The position numbers and the translations under genes are program-made. A stretch of DNA of 64,000 nt, from positions 120,110 to 184,109 of the forward strand of contig JADGRQ010000003.1 in assembly GCA_017880775.1 (NCBI GenBank). Direction: 5' to 3'. The notes under the pieces are model-generated. The model was given only the letters and a program-made list of their open reading frames with translations, did no database searches and was not told the DNA's origin. Source of the DNA: Burkholderiales bacterium (lineage in GTDB: Bacteria; Pseudomonadota; Gammaproteobacteria; Burkholderiales; SG8-39). Shown piece by piece: positions 42,036 to 53,424 of this stretch; positions within the stretch are counted from its first letter, which is position 1, and the number at the start of each line of letters is the position of its first letter.

Positions 42036-42941
42036 TCACACGGCGGGGGCGGCAATAGCGGGTGCCCCTTGCGCCCCCCAAGACTCCATCAACTTGCGCA
42101 TCTTCTCGAGCGCCTTGGCTTCGATCTGGCGGATGCGCTCGGCCGAGACCTTGAATTCGGCAGCGAGGTCGTGCAGCGTGGCGGAATCCTTTTCCGCCAG
42201 CCAGCGCGCTTCGACAATGCGCCGGCTGCGCGGGTCGAGGCCGTCAAGCGCGTTTGCCACGCCTTCCGTGCTCAGGCGCTCTGATTCCTCCCGCTCCAAT
42301 ATGCGGGAAGGCTCGGAATCGGGGTTGGCGACCAGGTAATTCACCGGCGCGTATGCGTCTTCGTCGTCGTCAGCCTCGAACGCGATTTCCTGGCCGGCGA
42401 GCCGCGTTTCCATTTCCTTAACTTCCTCAGGCTTTACCCCCAAATCGCGCGCCATTTTCCCGACTTCGGCGACCGACAGCGGCGCCAGCCCGATCTTCAT
42501 CGAACGCAGATTGAAGAACAGCTTTCTCTGGGCCTTGGTGGTGGCGACCTTAACCAGCCGCCAGTTGCGCAGGACGTATTCATGGATCTCCGCCTTGATC
42601 CAATGGATGGCGTACGAGACTAGGCGTACGCCACGGTCCGGATCGAAGCGCTTCACTGCTTTCATCAGGCCAATGTTGCCTTCCTGGATAAGGTCGGCGT
42701 GCGGCACGCCGTATCCAAGATAACTGCGAGCCACGGCGACTACCAAGCGCAGGTGCGAAAGTACCAGTCCTCGCGCGGCGTCGAGATCGCCGTGGTCGCG
42801 CAGGCGAACCGCGAGTCGCTGCTCTTCCTCCGCGCTCAACAGCGGGAAGCGATTCACGGTGCGGACGTAACTCTCCAGACTGCCGGTCGCAAGCGGAATC
42901 GAAACCGGGACGGGCAGCGCCAACGAGGTTTGCATGGTCAT
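42036..42941 (-). CDS. rpoH: RNA polymerase sigma-32 factor RpoH
   Basis: RpoB-box-like [28 protein letters not shown], region 4 [27 protein letters not shown] 42941 behind GGAG. Confidence 0.95.
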   Translation of the reverse strand: MTMQTSLALPVPVSIPLATGSLESYVRTVNRFPLLSAEEEQRLAVRLRDHGDLDAARGLVLSHLRLVVAVARSYLGYGVPHADLIQEGNIGLMKAVKRFDPDRGVRLVSYAIHWIKAEIHEYVLRNWRLVKVATTKAQRKLFFNLRSMKIGLAPLSVAEVGKMARDLGVKPEEVKEMETRLAGQEIAFEADDDEDAYAPVNYLVANPDSEPSRILEREESERLSTEGVANALDGLDPRSRRIVEARWLAEKDSATLHDLAAEFKVSAERIRQIEAKALEKMRKLMESWGAQGAPAIAAPAV

Positions 42942-42961
42942 GGTCTCCAATTATTCCATTC

Positions 42962-42986
42962 TAGCACTCTGAGCGTTTGAGTGCTA
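42962..42986 (-). promoter_or_regulatory. hairpin between ftsX and the rpoH Shine-Dalgarno
   Basis: TAGCACTC (42962-42969) / GAGTGCTA (42979-42986): 8-bp perfect inverted repeat with a 9-nt loop, ending 20 nt upstream of the rpoH ATG. Confidence 0.3.
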
Positions 42987-43026
42987 ATCGCGCATGGAGT
43001 TCCTCAGGATACCTTGATCCTATCCA

Positions 43027-43935
43027 TCAGCTAGGCTCTATTTGACGTAAGTATATACTTACTGACAAGCAAGCCCCCAGCCATCCGAGGAAGCCCGCCA
43101 GGGCCGCGACCGCTGCCGCATCGGCGGGGGCGAGGTGGCTCAGCTGAAAGCTCGCGTCGTAGGTCGCCGCGAGCGACTGCACCGCGCGATCGAGTACCGC
43201 CAGACTGAGCGAGACGATGCTAAGCGCGACCACGCTGCCCGCCAGTCCTTGCACTACGCCGAGGTAGAAGAATGGCCGGCGGATGAAGCCGTCGGTCGCG
43301 CCGAGGAGCTTTGCGACCTCGATCTCCTCGCGCTGGGTGAGGATCTGCATGCGAATCGTGTTGAAGGTCACGGCGACCAGGCCGATCCCCAGCAGCGCGC
43401 CGAGCAGAAAGATCCCGGATCGCGCCAATCGGATCAGCGCCGCGAGCCGCCTCGCCCAGTCCGAATCGATCTGCGCGTGCGCGATGCCCGGGAGCCGGCG
43501 GTATTCCCCGGCCAGCGCGTCGAGTGCGTCGGGAGCGGCGTCGCGCGGGCGCAGTACGAAGGCGTCAGGCAGGGGGTTGTGCTCCAGGGCTGCGAAAACC
43601 TCCGCGAGCGCCCCGGTCCTGCGCAAAGCCGCAAGCGCTTCGTTGCGCGGCACGAAGCGAACCGCAGCGAGCCGCGGATCAGCCCGCAAGCGCTTGCCGA
43701 GCGCCTCTGTTTCCGCGGCCTTCGCTTCGGTCGACATGAACAGGCTGAGTTGCGGCTCGATCGAAGTACGCTGGGCAATCCCCGACAGGTTGGAGAGCAG
43801 GGCGTAACCGCCCGCCGGCAGGGCCAGCGCGATACCGATCACCAGCGCGCTCAGCGCACTCGTCATCGGTTGCGCGCGCACCTTGGCCACGGCAGCCGCA
43901 AGCGCACGTCCATGCTGGCGAAACCACGCAATCAT
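43027..43935 (-). CDS. ftsX: cell division ABC transporter permease FtsX
   Basis: Four-TM FtsX topology; ...EEIEVAKLLGATDGFIRRPFFYLG...; overlaps the ftsE stop. Confidence 0.9.
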   Translation of the reverse strand: MIAWFRQHGRALAAAVAKVRAQPMTSALSALVIGIALALPAGGYALLSNLSGIAQRTSIEPQLSLFMSTEAKAAETEALGKRLRADPRLAAVRFVPRNEALAALRRTGALAEVFAALEHNPLPDAFVLRPRDAAPDALDALAGEYRRLPGIAHAQIDSDWARRLAALIRLARSGIFLLGALLGIGLVAVTFNTIRMQILTQREEIEVAKLLGATDGFIRRPFFYLGVVQGLAGSVVALSIVSLSLAVLDRAVQSLAATYDASFQLSHLAPADAAAVAALAGFLGWLGACLSVSIYLRQIEPS

Positions 43936-44606
43936 CTCGCGGCTCCCGCAATGTCCTCTGCGAGCCGGCCCTGTTCGAGCCGCAACGTGCGCCGCCCGAG
44001 GCGCGCCACGAGCCGTTCATCGTGGGTCGCGATCAGTACCGTGACCCCGACCTGGTTGAAAGACAGGAACAGCTCGATGATTCTCTCTGCCGAGGCTGCG
44101 TCGAGGTTCGCCGTCGGCTCATCGGCGATGAGGATCGCAGGCCGGTTGACGACCGCGCGTGCGATCGCCAAACGTTGCTGCTCGCCGCCGGAGAGCTGGA
44201 TCGGGCGGGCACGCTCACGCGCCAACAACTCCACTTTGTCGAGCGCGGCGCGCGCGCGGCGGGCGGCCTCGCGAACCGAGAAATCAGAAAAAGCAAGCGG
44301 CAGCATCACGTTCTCGAAGACGCTGCGGTCGTAGAGCAGTTTCTGGTCTTGGAATACGAGGCCAAGGTTGCGCCGCAGATAGGGAATGGCCGTGCGCTTG
44401 AGCGCGCCCACATTCTGGCCGTTGACGAGCACCGTGCCGCTGGTGGCGCGCTCAATTGCGGCGATGAGCTTGAACAGCGTGGTCTTACCCGCTCCGGAGT
44501 GGCCCGTGACGAAGACCAATTCGCCCGCTCCGATCGAAAACGAAACGTCCCTGAGCACCTCGAGGCCGCCAGGGTAGCGCTTGGCGACGCTGGAAAAGCC
44601 GATCAC
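43932..44606 (-). CDS. ftsE: cell division ATP-binding protein FtsE
   Basis: Walker A GHSGAGKTT, signature LSGGEQQR, Walker B ILIADEPT. Confidence 0.95.
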   Translation of the reverse strand: MIGFSSVAKRYPGGLEVLRDVSFSIGAGELVFVTGHSGAGKTTLFKLIAAIERATSGTVLVNGQNVGALKRTAIPYLRRNLGLVFQDQKLLYDRSVFENVMLPLAFSDFSVREAARRARAALDKVELLARERARPIQLSGGEQQRLAIARAVVNRPAILIADEPTANLDAASAERIIELFLSFNQVGVTVLIATHDERLVARLGRRTLRLEQGRLAEDIAGAAR

Positions 44607-45589
44607 TCGACCAGGGCGTCTACGAAATCACGCGCCGAGAAAGGCCGCAGGTCGTCGATGCCTTCGCCTACGCCGACGAAAAGCAGCGAGAGCGGGCGTT
44701 TCGACGTCGATCGTGCCTGCGCCAGGCTGGATCGCGCCTGCGCGGCGATGGCCACCACCACGCCGCCCTTCGCGGTGCCATCGAGCTTGGTGAGCACCAG
44801 CCCTGTCAGACCGAGCGCGGCGTCGAATGCCTTCACCTGATTGAGCGCGTTCTGACCGATGTTCGCGTCGAGTACCAGGATCACCTCGTGCGGAGCCTCG
44901 GGATCGAGCTTGGCAATCACGCGCTTGACCTTCTTGATCTCCTCCATCAGATGCAGCTGCGTCGGCAAGCGCCCGGCGGTGTCTGCGAGCACTACGTCGA
45001 TCGATCGCGCGCGTGCGGCGTTTATCGCGTCATAGACCACCGCTCCGGGGTCGCCCGACGCCTGCGCGATGACGGTGACGCCGTTGCGCTCGCCCCAGGC
45101 GACCAACTGCTCGCGCGCGGCGGCGCGGAAGGTGTCGCCGGCCGCAAGCAGCACGCTGCGGCCCTGCGAACGGAAGAACTTTGCCAGTTTGCCGATCGAG
45201 GTGGTTTTGCCCGAGCCGTTGACGCCCGCGAACATGATCACCAGCGGCCGCGCGTGCGCGGGCTCGAGCGCGCGCTCGAGCGGTGCGAGCAACGCGATCA
45301 ACTCCTCTTTCAGCATGCGCTTGAGTTCCGCGCCGTCGGCAGGCCGCTCGCTGCGCGCGCGCGCGCGCAACGCGGCGATGAGTTGCGCGCTCGCCTCCAC
45401 GCCGCAATCGGCGGTGATCAGTGCCGTTTCCAGCTCGCCGAACAGCGCTTCGTCGACGTTTCTGCGTTTGAACAGCGCGCTGAGATCCGTGCCGAGGACT
45501 CCGCGCGTGCGCGCGAGGCCCGCGCGCAGCCGCTCCGCCCACGGACGGGCCGGCGCTTGATCGACGGATTTCTTTAGCAGGCCGAACAT
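44603..45589 (-). CDS. ftsY: signal recognition particle receptor FtsY (short form, NG domain)
   Basis: [40 protein letters not shown]. Confidence 0.9.
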   Translation of the reverse strand: MFGLLKKSVDQAPARPWAERLRAGLARTRGVLGTDLSALFKRRNVDEALFGELETALITADCGVEASAQLIAALRARARSERPADGAELKRMLKEELIALLAPLERALEPAHARPLVIMFAGVNGSGKTTSIGKLAKFFRSQGRSVLLAAGDTFRAAAREQLVAWGERNGVTVIAQASGDPGAVVYDAINAARARSIDVVLADTAGRLPTQLHLMEEIKKVKRVIAKLDPEAPHEVILVLDANIGQNALNQVKAFDAALGLTGLVLTKLDGTAKGGVVVAIAAQARSSLAQARSTSKRPLSLLFVGVGEGIDDLRPFSARDFVDALVE

Positions 45590-45654
45590 CGGAGGGGGCT
45601 GGCGTGCCGCGCAAACCGGCTACCATTGACCCGATTCTAGCAAACGGGTCAGGT

Positions 45655-46714
<1,060 letters not shown>

Positions 46715-46730
46715 GGCGGCCGGTTCGCCT

Positions 46731-47540
46731 CTACCGCTGGCAGGCGGGGCAGAAGAACGTCGAACGCTGTCCCTGGACGACGCGGCGGATCGGCGTGCCG
46801 CAGCGCCGGCACTGCAAACCTTCGCGGTCGTAAACCGAATAGCGCATCTGGAAGCAGCCCAGTTCGCCCCCGGCGCCTGAGTAATCGCGCAGGCTTGAGC
46901 CGCCGGCGCGGATTGCCGCGCGCAACGTTGCCTTGATTTCGGATGCAAGACGCGCGCAGCGCGAAAGCGACAGCCGATGCGCCTGCAGGCGCGGATGGAT
47001 GCCGGCCTGGAACAGACACTCGTTCGCGTAGATGTTGCCCACACCGACGATGCGCTTCGCGTCCATCAGCAGTTGCTTGATCGCTACGCGGCTGCCCCGG
47101 GTCAGGGTATGCAGGCGCCCACCGTCGAAATTGCGCTCGAGCGGTTCGATGCCCAAACCGGCGAGCAACCGATGCTGCTCCACGCGACCGGTGGACCAGA
47201 GCACCGCGCCGAAGCGGCGTGGATCGCGCAGGCGCAACAGTACGTCGCCCAGCTGGAGATCGAAATGGTCGTGCTTGCCAGGCGGCGTCTCGCGCGGCAG
47301 AACCCTCAGGCTGCCCGACATGCCGAGGTGGACGATCAGGTGGCCGGCGCCGCAGTCGATCAGCAGGTACTTGCCTCGCCGCGCGACACCCCGCACCGAA
47401 AGCCCCTTCAAGTCGCGTGCCGATGCGTTGACGCGCCAGCGCAGACGTGGCTCGCGCACTGCAACCCCGGAAATGATGCGGCCGGTGAGATGCAGTGCGA
47501 TGCCGCGCCGGGTCACTTCGACTTCAGGAAGTTCTGGCAT
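46731..47540 (-). CDS. mutM: formamidopyrimidine-DNA glycosylase
   Basis: MPELPEVEVTRRG... and a C-terminal zinc finger CRRCGTPIRRVVQGQRSTFFCPACQ. Confidence 0.9.
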   Translation of the reverse strand: MPELPEVEVTRRGIALHLTGRIISGVAVREPRLRWRVNASARDLKGLSVRGVARRGKYLLIDCGAGHLIVHLGMSGSLRVLPRETPPGKHDHFDLQLGDVLLRLRDPRRFGAVLWSTGRVEQHRLLAGLGIEPLERNFDGGRLHTLTRGSRVAIKQLLMDAKRIVGVGNIYANECLFQAGIHPRLQAHRLSLSRCARLASEIKATLRAAIRAGGSSLRDYSGAGGELGCFQMRYSVYDREGLQCRRCGTPIRRVVQGQRSTFFCPACQR

Positions 47541-47679
47541 GCGCGAACCTTGTCTTGCGGTCGGTGTCGAAGCAGCGCTGCTGCGGCTTGTGCAGGGCCA
47601 CAAATATACCTAAACTCTCCTCGCATCGACAGCGCGCGTGCGCTGCCCTCCCCCGCCTAAACTTTCCCGATCGCTTCCC

Positions 47680-49431
47680 ATGGTGTCTGACCGCTGGATC
47701 CGGTACGCAAGCGTCCTGCTCTGTGCGGCGGGATTGACGCTTTCCGCGGCTGGCTCGGCGCAGACCGATGCCGACGACGACGACGAACCCCGGCCGCAGC
47801 TGGAGCAGCCAGCAAAGCCGCCGCCGGAGCGGCTGCCGCTTCAGGATCTGTCCGAGGAAGTGCTCTATGAGTACCTCTTCGCCGAGATCGCCCTGCAGCG
47901 TGGTAGCGCCGGACTTGCTGCACAGGCCTTCGTCGATCTCGCTCGCCGCACCGGCGATCCGCGTCTGGCGCGCCGCGCCGCGGAGGTCGCTGCCTTCGCG
48001 CGGCTGCCGAATCTGTCGATCGAGGCGGCCCAGCTATGGCACGCGGCTGACCCCGAGTCGGTTCAGGCGCTGCAGACCGTGACCGCGATGCTGGTGAACG
48101 CCCGGCGCGTCGATGAGGCGGAGCCTTACCTCGCGAAGCTGCTCGCGGCGGATGGTGCTGCGGCAGCGAGCGGATTCATGCAGATGGGCCGCTTTCTGTC
48201 CGGCAATCCTGACAAAATGGCCAGCCTGCGCGTCGTGCAGCGCCTCGCCGGCGCGCATGCGACGCTGCCGGAGGCGCACTTCGCGATTGCCCAGGCCGCG
48301 TACGCCGCGAATGACGAGACGCTTGCGCTTGCCGAAATACGCAGTGCAGCCGAACTGCGCCCCGAGTGGGAGAGCGCCGCAGTGTTCGAGGCGCAAATCC
48401 TGCAGCGCAAGCAGCCCGACGCCGCCATCGCGCGGCTGGCATCGTTTCTCGAAAAGCAGCCGAATTCGCGCGAGGTGCGGCTCAACTACGCGCGCGTGCT
48501 GGTCAGCGGCATGCGTTATGGCGAAGCGCGCACAGAGTTCGGCAAGCTGCTTTCGGTCTACCCGGACGACCAGGGCGTGCTGTATGCCGTCGGCCTGCTC
48601 GCGCTGCAGGTAAAGGATTTCGCAGCCGCTGAGACCAATTTCAAGCGCCTGCTCGAACTGAACTACCGCGATCCGAACGCGGTGCGTTTCACGCTCGGTC
48701 AGATCGCTGAAGAGCGCAAGGATTTCGCCGGCGCGCAGGCGTGGTATGCGCAGGTTACCCCCGGCGAGCATTTCCTTCCGTCGCGGCTGCGCTACGCGCA
48801 GACTCTCGCCAAGCAAGGCAAGCTCGATGCCGCGCGAGCCTACCTGCGGGAAGCGGGCGAAACCGGCAACGCGCAGCAGGTGCAGTTCACGATCGCCGAG
48901 GCGCAGTTGCTGCGCGACGCCAACCAGAATGGCGAGGCGTTTTCGCTGCTCGGCAAGGCGCTTGAAGGCCAACCCGAGCAGCCCGAGCTGTTGTACGACT
49001 TTGCACTGACCGCGGAGAAGCTCGAACGCTTCGACCTGCTGGAGGCGAACCTGAAGAAACTGATCCACGTGAAGCCCGACCACGCGCACGCCTACAACGC
49101 GCTCGGCTACTCGCTTGCCGAGCGCAATCTGCGTCTCGAGGAAGCGCGCAAACTGATCGAGCGGGCACTCGAGCTTTCCCCGGACGACGCATTCATCATC
49201 GACAGCATGGGCTGGGTGTACTACCGGATGGGAGACATTCCCAAGGCGGTCGAACAGCTCAATCGGGCCTGGCAGGGGCGGCAAGACGCGGAAATTGGCG
49301 CGCACCTGGGCGAAGTGCTGTGGGTGAGCGGGAAACGCGCGGAGGCCGAGCGTGTATGGAAGCAAGCAAGCGACTTCCAGCCGGACAACGAACTCCTGCG
49401 CAGAACCATCGAACGCTTCCTGCCGCGCTGA
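47680..49431 (+). CDS. secreted tetratricopeptide-repeat protein
   Basis: Signal peptide, acidic/Pro linker, then many TPR-like units (e.g. AHAYNALGYSLAERNLRLEEARKLIERALELSPDD). Conserved position upstream of lolB. Confidence 0.7.
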   Translation: MVSDRWIRYASVLLCAAGLTLSAAGSAQTDADDDDEPRPQLEQPAKPPPERLPLQDLSEEVLYEYLFAEIALQRGSAGLAAQAFVDLARRTGDPRLARRAAEVAAFARLPNLSIEAAQLWHAADPESVQALQTVTAMLVNARRVDEAEPYLAKLLAADGAAAASGFMQMGRFLSGNPDKMASLRVVQRLAGAHATLPEAHFAIAQAAYAANDETLALAEIRSAAELRPEWESAAVFEAQILQRKQPDAAIARLASFLEKQPNSREVRLNYARVLVSGMRYGEARTEFGKLLSVYPDDQGVLYAVGLLALQVKDFAAAETNFKRLLELNYRDPNAVRFTLGQIAEERKDFAGAQAWYAQVTPGEHFLPSRLRYAQTLAKQGKLDAARAYLREAGETGNAQQVQFTIAEAQLLRDANQNGEAFSLLGKALEGQPEQPELLYDFALTAEKLERFDLLEANLKKLIHVKPDHAHAYNALGYSLAERNLRLEEARKLIERALELSPDDAFIIDSMGWVYYRMGDIPKAVEQLNRAWQGRQDAEIGAHLGEVLWVSGKRAEAERVWKQASDFQPDNELLRRTIERFLPR

Positions 49432-49988
49432 TGCGCCAGGCGGGCGTTCTTCTCGCCGCCGTATTCCTGCTGTGCGCCTGCGCCGGGCTGCCTGAGCTGG
49501 GTGCTGAGCGCGCGGCGCTGCTCGAATTCGAGCTCGCCGGCCGGATTGCGGTGCGGTACGCCGAACAAGCGGCGAGCGGCAGCGTGGCCTGGCGGCATTC
49601 GCGCGCATCCGACGAGCTGCTGATCACCACGCCAGTGGGCGGGGCGGTGGCACGCATCGTGCGTGACGCCGGTGGCGTGACGCTCACTGACGCTGACGGC
49701 GATGAGCATCGCGCAGCCGATGCGGAGTCGCTTACCGAGCGCGTGCTCGGCTTCAGGCTGCCGCTCGAAGGCCTCTCCGATTGGGTGCGCGCGCGGCCAG
49801 CCGTCGGTCCGGCCGCGGTCGCCCAGTACGACCTGACCGGAAGGCTTGCGAGCCTCGAGCAGAACGGCTGGCGCATCGAGTACCTCGACTACGAATCGGC
49901 GCAAGCGGGCGCGATGCCAACGCGCATGCGCCTGCACTATCCGGCGCTGGAACTGCGCCTGGCGATCCATGACTGGAAGGTCCGGTGA
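49431..49988 (+). CDS. lolB: outer-membrane lipoprotein LolB
   Basis: Lipobox-like LLCAC at the signal-peptide end. Position between the TPR gene and ispE. ATG overlaps the upstream TGA. Confidence 0.7.
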   Translation: MRQAGVLLAAVFLLCACAGLPELGAERAALLEFELAGRIAVRYAEQAASGSVAWRHSRASDELLITTPVGGAVARIVRDAGGVTLTDADGDEHRAADAESLTERVLGFRLPLEGLSDWVRARPAVGPAAVAQYDLTGRLASLEQNGWRIEYLDYESAQAGAMPTRMRLHYPALELRLAIHDWKVR

Positions 49989-50833
49989 GCGCGGATCTGC
50001 AACGGTTTCCCGCGCCCGGCAAGCTCAATCTGTTCCTGCATGTAGTGGGCCGCCGCGACGATGGCTACCACCTGCTGCAGACCGTGTTCCGGCTGATCGA
50101 CCGCGCCGATCAGGTCGGCATACGCGTGCGCGCGGACGGTAACATTCTGCGCACGCTCGAAAACGCCCGGATCGCGGAGGCGGACGATCTCTGTCTGCGC
50201 GCGGCGAGAAAGCTGAAAGAACGCACCAGAACGCACTTCGGGGCGGAGATCGCGCTAGAAAAGGTCTTGCCGATCGGCGGTGGAATGGGTGGCGGAAGCT
50301 CCGATGCGGCCACCGCGTTGATCGTACTCAACCGCCTGTGGGATCTCAAGCTCTCGCGTGCCGAACTTCTCGAACTGGCGCTCGATTTGGGGGCAGACGT
50401 TCCTGCGTTCGTGTTCGGTGGCAACGCGCTCGGAGAGGGCATCGGAGAGCGGCTGACCGCGCTGACCCTGCCCCCCGCCTGGTACCTCGTTTTGACCCCG
50501 CAAGTAGCGGTTTCCACGAAAGAAATCTTCACTCACCGCGCGTTGACACGAGATAGCAAAACGCTCAAACTACCGCCCTTTTTCGCCGGACAGGGCCGAA
50601 ACGATCTTGAATCCGTGGTCTGCGGCTTGTATCCGGCCGTGGCCGAGCATCTTGCCTGGCTCAGGCGGCACGGCGATGCGCGTATGACGGGATCGGGTGG
50701 CTGCGTGTTTGCCGGGTATGCGAGCGAGTCGGACGCGCGCTCGGTACTTGGGCAGTTGCCGCCGCACATGAAGGGATTCGTCACGCGCGGGCTGGAGCGC
50801 CATCCGCTCGCGGACTGGATTCCGGACCGCTGA
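49985..50833 (+). CDS. ispE: 4-diphosphocytidyl-2-C-methyl-D-erythritol kinase
   Basis: PAPGKLNLFLHVVGRRDDGYH...GGGMGGGSSDAA...GSGGCVF. Confidence 0.9.
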   Translation: MSADLQRFPAPGKLNLFLHVVGRRDDGYHLLQTVFRLIDRADQVGIRVRADGNILRTLENARIAEADDLCLRAARKLKERTRTHFGAEIALEKVLPIGGGMGGGSSDAATALIVLNRLWDLKLSRAELLELALDLGADVPAFVFGGNALGEGIGERLTALTLPPAWYLVLTPQVAVSTKEIFTHRALTRDSKTLKLPPFFAGQGRNDLESVVCGLYPAVAEHLAWLRRHGDARMTGSGGCVFAGYASESDARSVLGQLPPHMKGFVTRGLERHPLADWIPDR

Positions 50834-50850
50834 CCGATTTGCAGTGCGGT

Positions 50851-50927
50851 TGGGGAGTCGCCAAGTTGGTTAAGGCAGCGGATTTTGATTCCGCCATTCG
50901 AGGGTTCGAATCCTTCCTCCCCAGCCA
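50851..50927 (+). tRNA. tRNA-Gln (anticodon UUG)
   Basis: 77 nt: TGGGGAG acceptor pairing with CTCCCCA, then G-CCA. Anticodon stem GCGGA/TCCGC with loop TTTTGAT. T-loop GGTTCGAATCC. Very close to E. coli tRNA-Gln. Confidence 0.95.
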
Positions 50928-50956
50928 TTTTTGCTGAAACACGCAACCCAAGATCG

Positions 50957-51928
50957 ATGCCGAACCTTCCGTCCAAAGTCCTGCTCGACAGGCTGATGAT
51001 CTTTACCGGCAACGCGAACCCGCGCCTGGCGCAGGACGTTGCCAAGCATCTGGGTATCGGGCTCGGCCGCTCGATCGCCGGCAAGTTTTCCGACGGCGAG
51101 GTGATGGTCGAGTTGCTGGAGAACGTGCGCGGCAAGGATGTGTTCGTGCTGCAGTCGACCTGCATGCCGACCAACGACAACCTGATGGAGCTGCTGGTGA
51201 TGGTTGACGCGCTCAAGCGCTCGTCGGCAGCGCGCGTGACCGCTGCGATCCCGTATTTTGGCTACGCGCGACAGGACCGCCGGCCGCGCTCGGCGCGCGT
51301 GGCGATCAGCGCCAAGGTGGTGGCGAACGCGCTGACCGCGGTCGGCGTGTCGCGCGTGCTGACGATGGATCTGCATGCGGACCAGATCCAGGGGTTCTTC
51401 GACATCCCGGTGGACAACGTGTACGCGGCGCCGGTGCTTCTCGGGGACGTTTGGAAACAGCGCTACGAGGATCTGATCGTAGTCTCGCCGGACGTGGGCG
51501 GGGTGGTGCGGGCGCGGGCGCTCGCGAAGCGGCTGGAATCGGACCTGGCGATCATCGACAAGCGCCGTCCGCGCGCAAACGTTTCCGAAGTGATGAACGT
51601 GATCGGGGAGGTGAAGGGACGCACCTGCGTGATCATGGATGACATGGTCGATACCGCGGGAACGCTTTGCAAGGCCGCGCAGGTGCTCAAGCAGGAGGGC
51701 GCGGTCAAGGTCGTCGCCTACTGCACGCACCCGGTACTCTCGGGTGGAGCGGTGGAACGCATTGCGGAGTCCGATTTGGATGAACTGGTGGTGACGGACA
51801 CGATACCTTTGCGCGAAGACGCGCGCGCCTGCAGCAAGATCCGGCAGTTATCGATAGCCGGCCTGCTGGCCGAGACCATCCTGCGCATATCCACCGAGGA
51901 CTCCGTCAGTTCTCTGTTCATCGAATAG
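50957..51928 (+). CDS. prs: ribose-phosphate pyrophosphokinase
   Basis: [20 protein letters not shown]...[10 protein letters not shown]...[17 protein letters not shown]...DDMVDTAGT. Confidence 0.95.
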   Translation: MPNLPSKVLLDRLMIFTGNANPRLAQDVAKHLGIGLGRSIAGKFSDGEVMVELLENVRGKDVFVLQSTCMPTNDNLMELLVMVDALKRSSAARVTAAIPYFGYARQDRRPRSARVAISAKVVANALTAVGVSRVLTMDLHADQIQGFFDIPVDNVYAAPVLLGDVWKQRYEDLIVVSPDVGGVVRARALAKRLESDLAIIDKRRPRANVSEVMNVIGEVKGRTCVIMDDMVDTAGTLCKAAQVLKQEGAVKVVAYCTHPVLSGGAVERIAESDLDELVVTDTIPLREDARACSKIRQLSIAGLLAETILRISTEDSVSSLFIE

Positions 51929-51993
51929 GAAGATTTTTCAATCCCGGCGCGGGCCTGGTCGCGGGGCGTGCCGGAAAACCTCAAGGAGCAGTC

Positions 51994-52761
51994 ATGAAAA
52001 TCGAGATCAGCGCCAGCAAGCGCAAGGCGCAGGGAACGGGTGCGAGCCGCCGTCTTCGCCTCGCGGGCCGCGTACCGGGAATCGTGTACGGCGGAGACAA
52101 AGAGCCCGTCAACATCGAGCTTGACCACAAGGACCTCTATCACAAGATGAAGATGGAGGCCTTTCACGCGTCGATCGTCACGCTCGACCTCGAAGGCGGT
52201 AAGGAGCAGGTGTTGCTGCGTGCCTTCAACATGCATCCGTACAAGCTGCGCGTCGCGCACGTCGATTTCCAGCGCGTATCGAAGGACAAGAAGATCCACA
52301 TGAAGGTGCCGCTGCACTTCGTGAACGCCGAGCTTTCGCCGGGCGTGAAGGAGCAGGGTGGCGTGGCGAGCCACGTGCTGAACGAACTCGACGTGCGCTG
52401 CCTGCCCGATGACCTGCCGGAGTTCATCGAGGTCGACCTGTCGGGGATGTCGGTCGGCAAGTCGATCCACGTCAAGGACCTCGAGCTGCCCAACGGAGTC
52501 GAGGCGACGCTGCACCGGACGGAGAATCCCGTGGTCGCAACCCTTCTGTTGCCGCAGCTGCAGACCGAAGAGGAACTGGCTGCCGAGACCGAGGCCGTGC
52601 CGGCACCCTCGGAAGTGCCGAGCACGAAACAAGAAGCCAAGCCCGAGGAGGATGTGGCCGCCGAAGGCAAGGGTGGCGAAAAGGGTGGCGACAAAGGCGG
52701 CGACAAGGGTGGCGACAAGAAAGACAAGAAGGACAAGAAGGACAAGAAGGACAAGAAGTAA
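51994..52761 (+). CDS. rplY: 50S ribosomal protein L25/Ctc form with Gly/Lys/Asp-rich tail
   Basis: [30 protein letters not shown]..., two-domain Ctc architecture. Tail is [30 protein letters not shown]. Confidence 0.9.
   Translation: MKIEISASKRKAQGTGASRRLRLAGRVPGIVYGGDKEPVNIELDHKDLYHKMKMEAFHASIVTLDLEGGKEQVLLRAFNMHPYKLRVAHVDFQRVSKDKKIHMKVPLHFVNAELSPGVKEQGGVASHVLNELDVRCLPDDLPEFIEVDLSGMSVGKSIHVKDLELPNGVEATLHRTENPVVATLLLPQLQTEEELAAETEAVPAPSEVPSTKQEAKPEEDVAAEGKGGEKGGDKGGDKGGDKKDKKDKKDKKDKK
52669..52758 (+). repeat. in-frame tandem repeats encoding the L25 tail
   Basis: Four 12-nt units (AAG GGT GGC GAN type, 52669-52716), followed by four 9-nt GAC AAG AAG units within 52717-52758. Confidence 0.8.
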
Positions 52762-52764
52762 CCC

Positions 52765-53424
52765 TTGGCCGGCATCAAGCTCATCGTCGGCCTCGGCAAT
52801 CCGGGGCGTGAGTACGAATCCACGCGTCATAACGCGGGCGCGTGGCTGGTCGGCCGGTTCGCGGCCGGCAGCAATGTCGGGCTGAAGAAGGACGCGCACT
52901 ACTTCGGCATGGTGGGGCGGGTCGAAGGGCCGGCCGGCGCGGTGTTCCTGCTCGTCCCGACGACGTTCATGAATGCTTCCGGCCGCGCGCTCGGCGCGCT
53001 GGCGGGTTTCTTCAAGATTCCCGCCGGGCAGATTCTCGTGGTGCACGATGAACTGGATTTCGCGCCGGGAACGGCCAGGATGAAGCTCGGCGGCGGCGTT
53101 GCCGGTCATAACGGGCTGAAGGACATCGCCGCACGCCTCGGTACGCACGATTTCTGGCGCCTGCGCCTGGGTATCGGTCATCCTGGCGAGCGCGACGCGG
53201 TGGCCGACTACGTGCTCAGCAAGCCTTCCCAGGAAGATCGCGTGGCCATCGAGGCTGCGATCGAGCGAGGGCTTGAAATCCTGCCACAGATCGTCGCCGG
53301 CGATCTGCAGGGCGCGATGCAGAAGCTGCATACGCAGGACAGTGCAGCCAAAGAGAAAGAGCAGGAGAAGGAGAAGTTCGCTGCGCAGCCGATCCACGCC
53401 GGCGACTCGCCGCTCAAAAAATGA
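52765..53424 (+). CDS. pth: peptidyl-tRNA hydrolase
   Basis: [23 protein letters not shown]...VVHDELDF...[11 protein letters not shown] start. Carries a ~30-aa charged C-terminal extension ([12 protein letters not shown]...). Confidence 0.85.
   Translation: MAGIKLIVGLGNPGREYESTRHNAGAWLVGRFAAGSNVGLKKDAHYFGMVGRVEGPAGAVFLLVPTTFMNASGRALGALAGFFKIPAGQILVVHDELDFAPGTARMKLGGGVAGHNGLKDIAARLGTHDFWRLRLGIGHPGERDAVADYVLSKPSQEDRVAIEAAIERGLEILPQIVAGDLQGAMQKLHTQDSAAKEKEQEKEKFAAQPIHAGDSPLKK

Noticed and set aside
50851-50927. tRNA-Gln as an island integration site
   Set aside because: Both flanks (ispE upstream, prs downstream) form the conserved syntenic block. There is no direct repeat of the tRNA 3' end, no integrase and no compositional shift next to it.
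52669-52758. Short tandem repeats that might be mistaken for a CRISPR-like or VNTR locus
   Set aside because: The units are 9-12 nt, contiguous, in frame and inside rplY. There are no spacers and no cas genes anywhere in the window.
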